Assembly: GCA_035997505.1 (NCBI GenBank) | Contig: DASYIN010000011.1 | Location: 14,770 to 78,769 of the forward strand | DNA from: Steroidobacteraceae bacterium | GTDB lineage: Bacteria > Pseudomonadota > Gammaproteobacteria > Steroidobacterales > Steroidobacteraceae | Reading direction: 5' to 3' | DNA length: 64,000 nt | In this document: positions 36,708-48,036 of the stretch, in pieces | Numbering within the stretch: position 1 is the stretch's first letter | Layout: the number at the start of each line of letters is the position of its first letter | Position numbers and translations under genes: made by a program | Notes under the pieces: generated by a model | Told to the model about the DNA's origin: nothing | What the model saw: only the letters and a program-made list of their open reading frames with translations | The model's database searches: none

Positions 36708-38744
36708 CTACCAGAGCACCACGCGATCCTCCGGCGCCCGATACATTTTATCGCCGGCCGCAACCGAAAACGCAGTGTAAAAACTCGGCAGGTGAACGAC
36801 CACGCCATTGGTGCGGTATTTCTCCGGCGAATGCGGATCGGATTTGACTTGCGCGATGATGCTCTCGTCGCGCCGTTTGCCCAGCCAGCTCTGCGCGAAT
36901 CCAATGTAGAAGCGTTGATCCGCCGTCAGGCCGTCGATGATCGGCGGCGCCCGTCCGTTGAGCGAGGCCAGATACGCCTTGTAAGCAATTTCGATGCCGG
37001 CGATGTCGGCGATGTTCTCGCCCAAAGTCAGCGCGCCATTGACATGGAATCCGGGCACCGGTTCGAACGCGTCGTATTCCTTGATCAGCATTTCGGTCTT
37101 GGCCTTGAACTTGGCGTGATCCTCGGGCGTCCACCAGTCGCGCAAGTTGCCGTCGCTGTCGTACTGGCTGCCCTGATCGTCAAAGCCGTGACTGATCTCG
37201 TGTCCAATCGTCGCGCCCGCGGAACCATAGTTAAAGGCATCGTCGGCGGCCGGATTGAACGCTGGCGGCTGCAATTGACCCGCGGGAAAAACGATCTCAT
37301 TAACCGAGGGGTTGTAGTAGGCGTTGACCGTCGGCGCGGTCATGTTCCATTCGGAGCGGTCCACCGGGCCTGAGAGCTGCGCGAGCTTGCGGTTTCGCTC
37401 GAATTGCTGCGCGCGCCGCACATTGCCGAGCAGATCGTCGGGCACAATCGCCAGCTTGGCGTAGTCGCGCCAGTGATCGGGATAGCCGATCTTCACGTTG
37501 ATCTTGCGCAGCTTCGCCTGTGCTTCGACCTTCGTAGGAGCGCTCATCCACGGCAATTGATCGATGCTCGAGGCGTAGGCCTTGAGCAGATTGCGCACGA
37601 GTTCATCGATGCGTGCCTTGGTCGCCGGCGGAAAGTATTTCGCGACGTACAACTTCCCCGAGGCCTCGCCGATCAGCCGGTCGACCAGCTGCGTCCCACG
37701 CTTCCATCGGTCCGGGGCTTGCTGCGTTCCTTGCAGGACTCCCTGATTGAAGGCGAAGTCTTCCTCGACGAAGGCGCGCGGCAGAAATGGCGCGCGGCTC
37801 GAGAGCACCCGGTAGCGAAAATAGGACTTCCACGTCTCGATCGGCGTGGATTCAATCAGGGCGGACACTCCCTGCAGGTAATCGGGTTGACGCACAATCA
37901 GCGTCGGCAACGCATTCGTGAGACCAGTCTCGGTGAAAAACATCTGCCAGTCGATCGCCGGCGCCAATACTTTAAGCTGTGCCGGCGTCTGCGGGTTGTA
38001 GGCCTTCTGCGAATCGCGGTTGGCCACCCGCGTCCACTGGATCTTGGCCAGCGACGTCTCGAGCTCAATGATCTTGTCAGCTTCCCTGCCTGGGCCCACG
38101 TCGCCCAGCAAATGCAGCATTTTCTCGACATGCTCGCGGTACTTGGTGCGGAATCCGGCGAGACGGGCATCGTCGCTCAAGTAGTAGTCGCGGTCGGGCA
38201 ATCCCAAGCCGCCTTGCGTCATCCAATAGGCATACTGCGCAGAGTGCTTGGAATCCGGACGAACGAAGGTTGCGATGGGCGAGGGGATGCCGATGCGATC
38301 GAGCTGCGCCATCAATGTGCCGACATCGCGCGGATGCTTGATGAGGGCAACCAGCTGCAGTTCGGCCTGCAGAGGCTTGGTTCCGAGGCGCTCGACGCGC
38401 GCCTCGTTCATGTAGCTCGAGTAGAGGTCGCTGACTTTGCGGGTTTCCAGGTCGGTCGAAATTTGTGCCGCTTCGATGAGATCGCGCTGCTGACTCAGCG
38501 ACTGCTCGGTCATGAGCGAATCAACGCCGTACGAGGATCGATCCGGCGGAATGGGCACATTTTTCAGCCAGGTGCCGTTGGCATGTTGAAAAAGATCGTC
38601 CTGAGGCCGCACCGTCTTGTCCATGTCGGCGACTTGAATGCCCGAGATCGGCCCGGAATTCGCCAATGCCTGCGATGCTCCGAGCGACAGCGCGGTCAGG
38701 GCGAGAGCGAGAAATGGCGATTTCACGACGAACTCCGGCTGCAT
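36708..38744 (-). CDS. M13-family zinc metallopeptidase (PepO/endothelin-converting-enzyme-like)
   Basis: Signal peptide, NAYY motif, HEISHGFD (HExxH) and a downstream GENIAD motif; 678 aa. Confidence 0.92.
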   Translation of the reverse strand: MQPEFVVKSPFLALALTALSLGASQALANSGPISGIQVADMDKTVRPQDDLFQHANGTWLKNVPIPPDRSSYGVDSLMTEQSLSQQRDLIEAAQISTDLETRKVSDLYSSYMNEARVERLGTKPLQAELQLVALIKHPRDVGTLMAQLDRIGIPSPIATFVRPDSKHSAQYAYWMTQGGLGLPDRDYYLSDDARLAGFRTKYREHVEKMLHLLGDVGPGREADKIIELETSLAKIQWTRVANRDSQKAYNPQTPAQLKVLAPAIDWQMFFTETGLTNALPTLIVRQPDYLQGVSALIESTPIETWKSYFRYRVLSSRAPFLPRAFVEEDFAFNQGVLQGTQQAPDRWKRGTQLVDRLIGEASGKLYVAKYFPPATKARIDELVRNLLKAYASSIDQLPWMSAPTKVEAQAKLRKINVKIGYPDHWRDYAKLAIVPDDLLGNVRRAQQFERNRKLAQLSGPVDRSEWNMTAPTVNAYYNPSVNEIVFPAGQLQPPAFNPAADDAFNYGSAGATIGHEISHGFDDQGSQYDSDGNLRDWWTPEDHAKFKAKTEMLIKEYDAFEPVPGFHVNGALTLGENIADIAGIEIAYKAYLASLNGRAPPIIDGLTADQRFYIGFAQSWLGKRRDESIIAQVKSDPHSPEKYRTNGVVVHLPSFYTAFSVAAGDKMYRAPEDRVVLW

Positions 38745-38820
38745 CGACGACGGATGGACATTGACGCCAGTATGGCGCAGGCGGTTGAATGCGCAAGCTT
38801 CGGTAGGAGGGGAAGGCGAG

Positions 38821-40773
38821 ATGATTCATGCTGCCGTGTTTGGCCGAGTGCTGACGTTGTGCGCTGTGTTCGGCGTTTCCGTCTTCTCGTCGCACGTGCA
38901 AGCAGCCGGCGCGCCCGATATTCACAGCACGCCTGCGCCTCACGCTCTTAGCAAGGAAGACCTCGAGGCATTCTTTGACGGCATCATTCCTCTGCAGCTC
39001 GAGCGCAGCGATGTCGCCGGCGCGACCGTGTTCGTCATGCACGGCGGCGAGACGTTGCTGCAGAAAGGCTACGGTTTCAGCGATCTTAAGACCAAGCAAA
39101 CAGTAGATCCCGAATCCACGATGTTTCGTCTCGCCTCCATATCAAAACTGTTCACCTGGACGGCGGCGATGCAGTTGGTCGAGCAAGGCAAACTCGACCT
39201 CGATGCCGATATCAATCGATATCTGGACTTTGCCATCCTCGGCGACAAACCCATTACGCTTCGCAACCTGATGACTCACACCACCGGTTTCGAGGAGGCC
39301 GCGCGCGACATCCTCGTCGTCGATCCGAAGAAGCATCTCGATTTGCGGGAGTTTCTCGTGCAAAACCAGCCGCGCCGATTGTTCGCGCCTGGCACGGTGC
39401 CGGGATACTCGAACTATGCCGTGGGGCTGGGCAGCTACATCGTGCAGCGTGTGAGCGGTGAGCGCTTCGAGGACTATGTAGCGGCGCATGTATTCGCCCC
39501 GCTCGGCATGATGCATTCGACCTTCTATCAACCGCCGCCGAAGACCCTGCGGGATCTCCCGTCGCAGGGCTACCCCTCGAACACGAATGATCCGGCGATC
39601 GGATTCGAACTCTTCAGCCCCGCGGGCGCCGGCGGGATTTCTTCGACAGCCGCCGACATGGGACGCTTTGGCCAAATGTTGCTCAATGGCGGTGACCTTA
39701 ACGGCCAGCGCATTTTGAGGCCGGAAAGTTTGGCCGAAATGTGGAAACCGCAATTTCGCGCCAACGATCAACTGCCCCCGATTGGCTTGGGCTTCTATCA
39801 AGTATGGAGGAATGAGCTCAAATGGATCGGTCATCAGGGCGATCTGGTGGCTTTTCACAGCTTGTTTTTCATTGAGCCCCAACAAAAGCTGGTGCTGTTC
39901 ATTTCCTACAATTCAGTCGGATCATCCCGCAAGACCCGAGCCGAATTGCTGAATGCTTTTTCCGATCGTTATTTCCCCTCCGAGCTGCAGCAGCCCTTTG
40001 TCGCGCCACCGGCGGGCCGCGCGCACGACATCGAGGGCACGTACCAGAGCACCCGCCGTGCCGACAGCACCATACTCAAACTATTCGCACTCTTCGGGCA
40101 GGCGCACGCCAAGCTGGACAAGGAGGGCGTGCTGCATGTAGACGGTTCGAAGGACCTGCGTGGCCATCCTTTCGGCTGGAAGCCGATCGGCCCGGATCTG
40201 TGGCAGCAGGTGGGCGATCAAGGAAAGCTGTTTGCAATCCGAGCCGCGGACGGCCGCGTCGATCGCCTCGCGGGCGCCTTTGCCCCGGCTCAACTGCAGC
40301 GCGTCCCCTGGTATGACCGCGACAAGTTCGTTTTCGCGATGCTCGGCGCGTGTGTGTTGATCGGCATCAGCGTGTTGTTCAATCTTCTGCTGCGATTGGC
40401 GCGGCGATATGTCTTGCGCGTCACCCAGCCTGTTGCGCCCTCCGGGCGGATCGCGTTGAGCGCGCTGCCCAAGACGACCATCATCTATTGGTTGTTGCTG
40501 CTGGCCTCGCTCGCAGTATTCTTCAGCCGCTTCGATGATGATTCCATGCCGCCCAATTCGTCTTGGGACAAGGTCTTCCTCGCAGGCGACGGGCTACTCG
40601 CGATTGCAATCGTGTTGAGTGTGTTCGTCGTGGCCTCGGCGGTGCGCATTTGGCGGCGCCCCTCCTTGAGCAAAATCAGTCGGCTCAAGTTCACGCTGGT
40701 GGCGCTCGCGTGTGTTTATTTTTCGTGGTTCGCCATCCATTGGCATCTCATCACGCCAGTTCACCGATTCTGA
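38821..40773 (+). CDS. serine hydrolase (beta-lactamase / class C PBP fold) with C-terminal 4-TM domain
   Basis: ATG at 38821 with a GGAGGGGAAGG RBS. Signal peptide, SISK (SxxK) motif. The last ~170 aa contain four hydrophobic helices. Confidence 0.85.
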   Translation: MIHAAVFGRVLTLCAVFGVSVFSSHVQAAGAPDIHSTPAPHALSKEDLEAFFDGIIPLQLERSDVAGATVFVMHGGETLLQKGYGFSDLKTKQTVDPESTMFRLASISKLFTWTAAMQLVEQGKLDLDADINRYLDFAILGDKPITLRNLMTHTTGFEEAARDILVVDPKKHLDLREFLVQNQPRRLFAPGTVPGYSNYAVGLGSYIVQRVSGERFEDYVAAHVFAPLGMMHSTFYQPPPKTLRDLPSQGYPSNTNDPAIGFELFSPAGAGGISSTAADMGRFGQMLLNGGDLNGQRILRPESLAEMWKPQFRANDQLPPIGLGFYQVWRNELKWIGHQGDLVAFHSLFFIEPQQKLVLFISYNSVGSSRKTRAELLNAFSDRYFPSELQQPFVAPPAGRAHDIEGTYQSTRRADSTILKLFALFGQAHAKLDKEGVLHVDGSKDLRGHPFGWKPIGPDLWQQVGDQGKLFAIRAADGRVDRLAGAFAPAQLQRVPWYDRDKFVFAMLGACVLIGISVLFNLLLRLARRYVLRVTQPVAPSGRIALSALPKTTIIYWLLLLASLAVFFSRFDDDSMPPNSSWDKVFLAGDGLLAIAIVLSVFVVASAVRIWRRPSLSKISRLKFTLVALACVYFSWFAIHWHLITPVHRF

Positions 40774-40782
40774 TTGCCGGAC

Positions 40783-41106
40783 TCAGCGCTCCAGCAGCTT
40801 GACCTTGTCCTTCACGCCTTCCCACTGCTTGGCGTCCGGCGGCGCATCCTTCTTCTCGCTGATCACCGGCCATTTCTTGGCAAGTTCGGCGTTCAATTCC
40901 TTGAAATTTTCCTGACCGGTCGGAATCTCTTCCTCGGAATAGATGGCCTCGACCGGACACTCGGGCTCGCACAGCGTGCAGTCGATGCACTCGTCCGGAT
41001 CGATGACCAGAAAGTTCGGACCCTCGTGGAAACAGTCGACGGGGCAGACCTCGACGCAGTCCATGTATTTGCACTTGATGCAGCTTTCGGTGACCACGAA
41101 CGCCAT
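40783..41106 (-). CDS. fdxA: 7Fe ferredoxin (FdxA type)
   Basis: [14 protein letters not shown] and [12 protein letters not shown] cluster motifs; 107 aa. Confidence 0.93.
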   Translation of the reverse strand: MAFVVTESCIKCKYMDCVEVCPVDCFHEGPNFLVIDPDECIDCTLCEPECPVEAIYSEEEIPTGQENFKELNAELAKKWPVISEKKDAPPDAKQWEGVKDKVKLLER

Positions 41107-41196
41107 GACTTACCCTTCTCTTACACTGTTGATGGTTAACGCTATTCTGCCACAGCCGCGAAATCCGCCGGCAGCAGCTGGGTCGCCGTGCGATCT

Positions 41197-41740
41197 TCAA
41201 ATCGTGGATCGGCTCTTCAATTCCGTGAAGTGATGTTCTTCGCGGCCCGCTGTGCGGTCGGCGAAGTATTGCCGCAAAGCATATTCGCCGCTGGCAAACG
41301 CCAGTTCGGACCACGGAACATCCGCTTCCTCATACAGGGCGACCTCCAGGCTCTCCGGGCCCGGCGCGAACTTCGGCTCGAGCAGTTTCGCCCGAAACAT
41401 CACGTGCACCTGGTTCGCCCGAGTCACGTTGACCACCGCGAGCAACGAACCCACCTCGACCTCGGCGAGCGCCTCTTCGTGGCATTCACGCGCAGCCGCT
41501 TGCTGCATGGTCTCGCCGTTCTCCATGAACCCGGCCGGCACGGTCCAGAATCCCAGACGCGGCTCGATGGCGCGCCGGCACAGCAGGATCTTGTTCTGCC
41601 ACTCGGGCACACAGCCCAAGACCAGCAGCGGATTCTTGTAGTGCACCATATCGCAGCCGGTACATACAAAACGCGGCAAATGATCCCCCGTGGGGATCTT
41701 CGATTCGACGGGTGAGCCGCAATTACTGCAGAAATTCAAG
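41197..41740 (-). CDS. NUDIX hydrolase with N-terminal zinc-ribbon
   Basis: CSNCG...CTGCD zinc ribbon. Nudix box GFMENGETMQQAAARECHEEA. TTG start at 41740 chosen because the longer ORF runs through the tRNA gene. Confidence 0.8.
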
Positions 41741-41762
41741 AGTGATCCATGAAAATGAAGTC

Positions 41763-41850
41763 TGGTGCCCGAAGAGGGAATCGAACCCACACCACGTCTT
41801 AGGTGACCGGATTTTGAGTCCGGCGCGTCTACCAGTTCCGCCATTCGGGC
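41763..41850 (-). tRNA. tRNA-Leu (anticodon CAA)
   Basis: The minus-strand sequence is GCCCGAATGGCGGAACTGGTAGACGCGCCGGACTCAAAATCCGGTCACCTAAGACGTGGTGTGGGTTCGATTCCCTCTTCGGGCACCA. It folds as a class II cloverleaf with acceptor GCCCGAA/TTCGGGC, anticodon stem CCGGA/TCCGG, loop CTCAAAA and a long variable arm, plus TTCGATT T-loop and encoded CCA. There is one U-U mismatch in the T stem. Confidence 0.88.
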
Positions 41851-41904
41851 ATGCCAAGCCGAGCAGTATATGCGATCGGCTATCTTGGTAGAATCCTAAA
41901 GACA

Positions 41905-44048
<2,144 letters not shown>

Positions 44049-44120
44049 GTTTGCCCCGGCCTGCTGTATACTACGCGGCTTTGTGCAGCGACGTCCGTCG
44101 CAAAAAAAGAGTGTAACACT

Positions 44121-44456
44121 ATGGATTTCCTCATTAATTCGGCATATGCGCAGGCCGCGGGCGGAAGCGCGGGCAGTCCGAGCCTGATCAGCACGTTAGC
44201 GCTCCCCGCTTTGCTCCTGGTGGTGTTCTATTTCCTGCTCATTCGACCCCAAAGCAAGCGCGCAAAAGAGCAGCGCGAGATGTTGTCCAAAGTCGCCGTG
44301 GGCGATGAGATCGCCACCACCGGCGGGATTCTCGGCAAGGTGACCGAGGTGGGCGAGCAATTCTTGAGCGTGGAAATCGCCGCCGGCGTGAACATCAAGC
44401 TGCAGAAATTCCAAGTCGCGCAAGTATTGCCGAAGGGCACGGTCAAGAGCGCATGA
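44121..44456 (+). CDS. yajC: preprotein translocase subunit YajC
   Basis: 111 aa, single TM, LLIRPQSKRAKEQREM motif; precedes secDF. Confidence 0.93.
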   Translation: MDFLINSAYAQAAGGSAGSPSLISTLALPALLLVVFYFLLIRPQSKRAKEQREMLSKVAVGDEIATTGGILGKVTEVGEQFLSVEIAAGVNIKLQKFQVAQVLPKGTVKSA

Positions 44457-46303
44457 CCGGCTATCCGCGCTGGAAGATCGCGCTGGTCGCGATCGTGATG
44501 GTGATCGGGATCTTCGTGGCGCTGCCCAATATATTCGGCGAGGAAAGCGCGCTGCAGCTGGCGGCCGACCGCGCAGCCATCACGGACGCCGACCGCGACG
44601 CCGTGGTGCAAATATTGAAGGACAAGGGCATTACGCCCTCGGGCGTATTTTTGGAGCAGGGTCGTTTGACGCTGCGCTTCAGCGGCCAGGATCAATTGAA
44701 GGCGCGCGACGTCATTGCAGAGGCCCGGCCGAATCAATTCACGATCGCTCTGTCGAAGGCTTCACGCGTGCCCGCCTGGATGCGCGCCATGGGAATGGGT
44801 CCGGTCAAGCTGGGACTGGACTTGCGCGGCGGCGTTTACCTGGTGTACCAGGTCGACGTGCAGGGCGCGGTAAAGCAGCTCCTCGATCGCCGCGAGCAGG
44901 ATTTTCGCACCTCGCTGCGCAACGCACGCGTGGCGTATCAAGATGTCGTGGTCGACTATCCGGCGACCCGGGTGCGTGTGCTGTTTCGCGACGCCGATAG
45001 TTTCACCAAGGGGAAGGCCGCCATCCTCGCGGACAGCCGCAATCTGAATCTCACCGAGATCAGCGTCGCCGGCGCACCCGCCTTGGAATTGCAATTGACG
45101 CCGCAGGAGATCAAGGAGCGCCAGGACTACGCGGTCTCGCAAAACATCGTCATCCTGCGCAATCGTCTCAACAGCCCGGAACTCGCGGTGTCGGAACCGC
45201 AGGTGGCGCGCGAGGGCGTGGATCGCATCGCCATCCAATTGCCAGGGCTGCAAAATTCGGCCGAGGTCAAAAAAATCCTCGGCAAGACTGCGACCCTGGA
45301 ATTTCGCATGGTCGATGAGACCAACAATCCGCTTGAGGCGGCCGGCACCGGACGCGTCCCCTTGGGCTCGAAATTGTTCTACACCCGGGACAAGCAGCCC
45401 GTGCTGCTGAAGCGCGACGTGGTGGTCACGGGCGATCAGTTGACCGACGCCACTTTTCAGCCGAACTCCCAGGACGGCCCCGCGGTCTCGGTGGGCTTGG
45501 ACAGCCGCGGCGCTTCGAAAATGCTGAAGAACACCCAGGAGAACCTCGGCCACTTGATGGCAGTCGTGTTCATCGACCGCTCGCGCGAAAAGAATGCGCA
45601 GGGCGTGGAAGTCGATCGCACCACCGAGGAAGTCATCAACCGCGCGACCATCCGCGGCGTGTTCAGCAATAATTTTTCGATCACGGGCGTCAACCCGATC
45701 GAAGGCCGCGAGCTCGCGCTGCTGTTGCGTGCCGGCGGCCTGGCCGCGCCGCTCACGCCGGTGGAAGAGCGCGCCATCGGCCCGAGCCTGGGCCAGGACA
45801 ACATTAACAAGGGCATCAAGGCCATGGTGTTCGGCATGCTCGCCGCCTTCATTTTCATGGCGATCTACTACAAGGCGTTCGGCTTGATCGCCGACGTGGC
45901 GCTGGCGGCGAACGTGGTGCTGCTCACCGCGTTATTGTCGATGTTCGGTGCTGCGCTGACCCTGCCGGGCATCGCGGCGGTGGTGCTGACCGTAGGCATG
46001 GCGGTGGATGCAAATATTTTGATCTATGAGCGCATCCGCGAGGAGCTGCGCAACGGCGTCACGCCGCGCGCGGCCATCGCCGCGGGCTTTGAGCGCGCGC
46101 TATCGGCAATCACCGACTCCAACATCACTGCGCTGATCGCAGGTGTCGTGTTGTGGTCCTTCGGCGCCGGGGCGATCCGCGGATTCGCGGTGGTTCTGGT
46201 GCTCGGAATATTTACGTCAGTATTCACTTCAGTGATGGGCAGCCACGCGTTGGTGCAAATCATCTACGGCAGAAAGCGCAAGCTCGAACGCTTGTCGATC
46301 TAG
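44453..46303 (+). CDS. secD: protein translocase subunit SecD
   Basis: ATGA overlap with yajC. 616 aa, large periplasmic domain plus 5 C-terminal TM helices, canonical SecD sequence. Confidence 0.95.
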   Translation: MTGYPRWKIALVAIVMVIGIFVALPNIFGEESALQLAADRAAITDADRDAVVQILKDKGITPSGVFLEQGRLTLRFSGQDQLKARDVIAEARPNQFTIALSKASRVPAWMRAMGMGPVKLGLDLRGGVYLVYQVDVQGAVKQLLDRREQDFRTSLRNARVAYQDVVVDYPATRVRVLFRDADSFTKGKAAILADSRNLNLTEISVAGAPALELQLTPQEIKERQDYAVSQNIVILRNRLNSPELAVSEPQVAREGVDRIAIQLPGLQNSAEVKKILGKTATLEFRMVDETNNPLEAAGTGRVPLGSKLFYTRDKQPVLLKRDVVVTGDQLTDATFQPNSQDGPAVSVGLDSRGASKMLKNTQENLGHLMAVVFIDRSREKNAQGVEVDRTTEEVINRATIRGVFSNNFSITGVNPIEGRELALLLRAGGLAAPLTPVEERAIGPSLGQDNINKGIKAMVFGMLAAFIFMAIYYKAFGLIADVALAANVVLLTALLSMFGAALTLPGIAAVVLTVGMAVDANILIYERIREELRNGVTPRAAIAAGFERALSAITDSNITALIAGVVLWSFGAGAIRGFAVVLVLGIFTSVFTSVMGSHALVQIIYGRKRKLERLSI

Positions 46304-46315
46304 GGGAACGCTTCC

Positions 46316-47254
46316 ATGGAATTTTTCCACAAGGTCACACGCTTCCCGTTCATGCACACCCGCAAGGTGTGGTACGGACTGTCCGCGGTCCTGATCATTG
46401 CCTCGCTGGCATTGGTATTGATCCGCGGCTTGAACTTGGGCGTCGATTTCACGGGCGGCGTCGTGGTCGAGACGAATTTCGCGCAACCGCCGAATATCGA
46501 AAGTCTGCGTACCGAACTGGCCACCGCCGGCGTGGCCGGCGCGCAGGTGCAGGCCTTCGGCAGTTCCCGGGATATCCTGGTGCGTCTGCCGCCGGACCCG
46601 AATGCCAAAGGCGACCAGATTGGTGCTCACGTGCTCGAAGTTTTTTCCAAGACCAACAGCGGCGTGAAGCTGCAGCGCACCGAAGTGGTCGGACCGCAGG
46701 TCGGACAGGAGTTGTTCGTCAAGGGCGGATGGGCGCTGGTGGCGACGCTGTTTTTCATCCTGGTGTACGTCTTGTTCCGCTTCACGCCCAAGCTTGCGCT
46801 CGGCGCAATCTTTGCCGTGCTGCATGACCCTATTTGCGTGGTCGGCTTCTTTGCCCTGACACAGATGACTTTCGATCTGACCGCCATATCGGCGGTGCTG
46901 GCGGTCATTGGCTATTCGCTCAACGACACCGTCATCGTGTTCGACCGAATCCGCGAGCGCGCCCGGACCTCGCGCAAGCTGTCCATCGCGCAGGTCATCG
47001 ACGAATCGATCAATCAAACCCTGTCGCGAACCTTGATGACCAAACTGGTGACACTGTTGGTGGTCGTGGCGCTGTTGATATTCGGCGGTGAAACGTTGCG
47101 CGGATTTTCCGCCGCCTTGGTGATCGGCATCATCGCCGGCACGTACTCATCCATTTATATTTCCGCCGCGTTGTCGCTCGACCTGGGGTTGAAGGTCGAC
47201 GATCTGTTGGAGCGCAAGGCGACGAAGCCCGAAGAAGTCGACGGCATGCCCTAG
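46316..47254 (+). CDS. secF: protein translocase subunit SecF
   Basis: 312 aa, FMHTRKVWYGLS N-terminus, GIDFTGG motif, 6 TM helices. Confidence 0.95.
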   Translation: MEFFHKVTRFPFMHTRKVWYGLSAVLIIASLALVLIRGLNLGVDFTGGVVVETNFAQPPNIESLRTELATAGVAGAQVQAFGSSRDILVRLPPDPNAKGDQIGAHVLEVFSKTNSGVKLQRTEVVGPQVGQELFVKGGWALVATLFFILVYVLFRFTPKLALGAIFAVLHDPICVVGFFALTQMTFDLTAISAVLAVIGYSLNDTVIVFDRIRERARTSRKLSIAQVIDESINQTLSRTLMTKLVTLLVVVALLIFGGETLRGFSAALVIGIIAGTYSSIYISAALSLDLGLKVDDLLERKATKPEEVDGMP

Positions 47255-47261
47255 GCGCCTG

Positions 47262-47975
47262 GTGATGGAGCTGCTCGCCGATCCGCAGTCCTGGGTGTCG
47301 TTCGTGACGCTCGCGTTCCTCGAGATCGTCCTCGGCATCGACAACATCATTTTTCTGTCGGTTCTGGTCGAGCGGTTGCCGAAAGCGCAACGCGCCAGCG
47401 CGCGGATGCTCGGTTTGGCCTTCGCCATGCTGACCCGCATTGCGCTGCTGTTCTCCATCACCTGGCTGGCGACGCTGCGCGATCCGTTGTTTCGCGCACT
47501 GGGCACGGATGTGTCCGGCCGCGATTTGATCCTGTTCGCCGGCGGCCTGTTTCTGGTGGTGAAGGCCGTCATGGAAATCGTCGGCATGCTGAAGGGCAAG
47601 GTCCACAGCCGCAAGCCCAGCGTCTTCAATAGCTATGTTCTGATCATCCTGCAGATAGGCATCATCGACATCGTGTTCTCGCTGGACTCGGTGTTCACCG
47701 CGGTGGGTCTGGCCAAGCATATCGAGATCATGATCGCGGCCATCGTGGTGTCGGTGCTGGTGATGATGGTTGTCTCGTCGGCCATCAGCCGCTTCATCGA
47801 TCGCTATCCGACGATCAAGGTGTTGGCACTGGCGTTTCTGGTATTGGTCGGCGCGGCGCTGATCGCGGAATCGTTGGAACTGGACTTCCCGAAGGGCTAT
47901 CTGTACTTCGCGATGGCATTTTCGGTGGCCGTGGAATGGATAAACATTCGATTGCGTCGGCGAATTAAGCAATAG
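47262..47975 (+). CDS. TerC-family integral membrane protein
   Basis: LEIVLGIDNIIFLS and FSLDSVFTAVG motifs; 237 aa. Confidence 0.88.
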   Translation: MMELLADPQSWVSFVTLAFLEIVLGIDNIIFLSVLVERLPKAQRASARMLGLAFAMLTRIALLFSITWLATLRDPLFRALGTDVSGRDLILFAGGLFLVVKAVMEIVGMLKGKVHSRKPSVFNSYVLIILQIGIIDIVFSLDSVFTAVGLAKHIEIMIAAIVVSVLVMMVVSSAISRFIDRYPTIKVLALAFLVLVGAALIAESLELDFPKGYLYFAMAFSVAVEWINIRLRRRIKQ

Positions 47976-48036
47976 TTTGCTAGCGCGGTAGAAAAGCCGC
48001 TAAAGTCCGCGCAGTATTTTAAAAACGGGAGATGAC

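Noticed and set aside
37404-38951. 515-aa plus-strand ORF
   Set aside because: Antisense to the M13 metallopeptidase (HExxH, NAYY motifs on the minus strand). It has no motifs of its own and an Arg-rich composition.
41197-41844. Full 215-aa version of the NUDIX ORF
   Set aside because: Its first ~35 codons are the tRNA-Leu gene read as protein. Trimmed to the TTG at 41740.
47255-47261. Possible yybP-ykoY (Mn) riboswitch upstream of the TerC-family gene
   Set aside because: TerC genes often carry this riboswitch, but here the gene starts only 7-10 nt after the secF stop, so there is no room for a leader.
47130-47972. 280-aa minus-strand ORF
   Set aside because: Antisense to the TerC-family gene, which has conserved TerC motifs on the plus strand.
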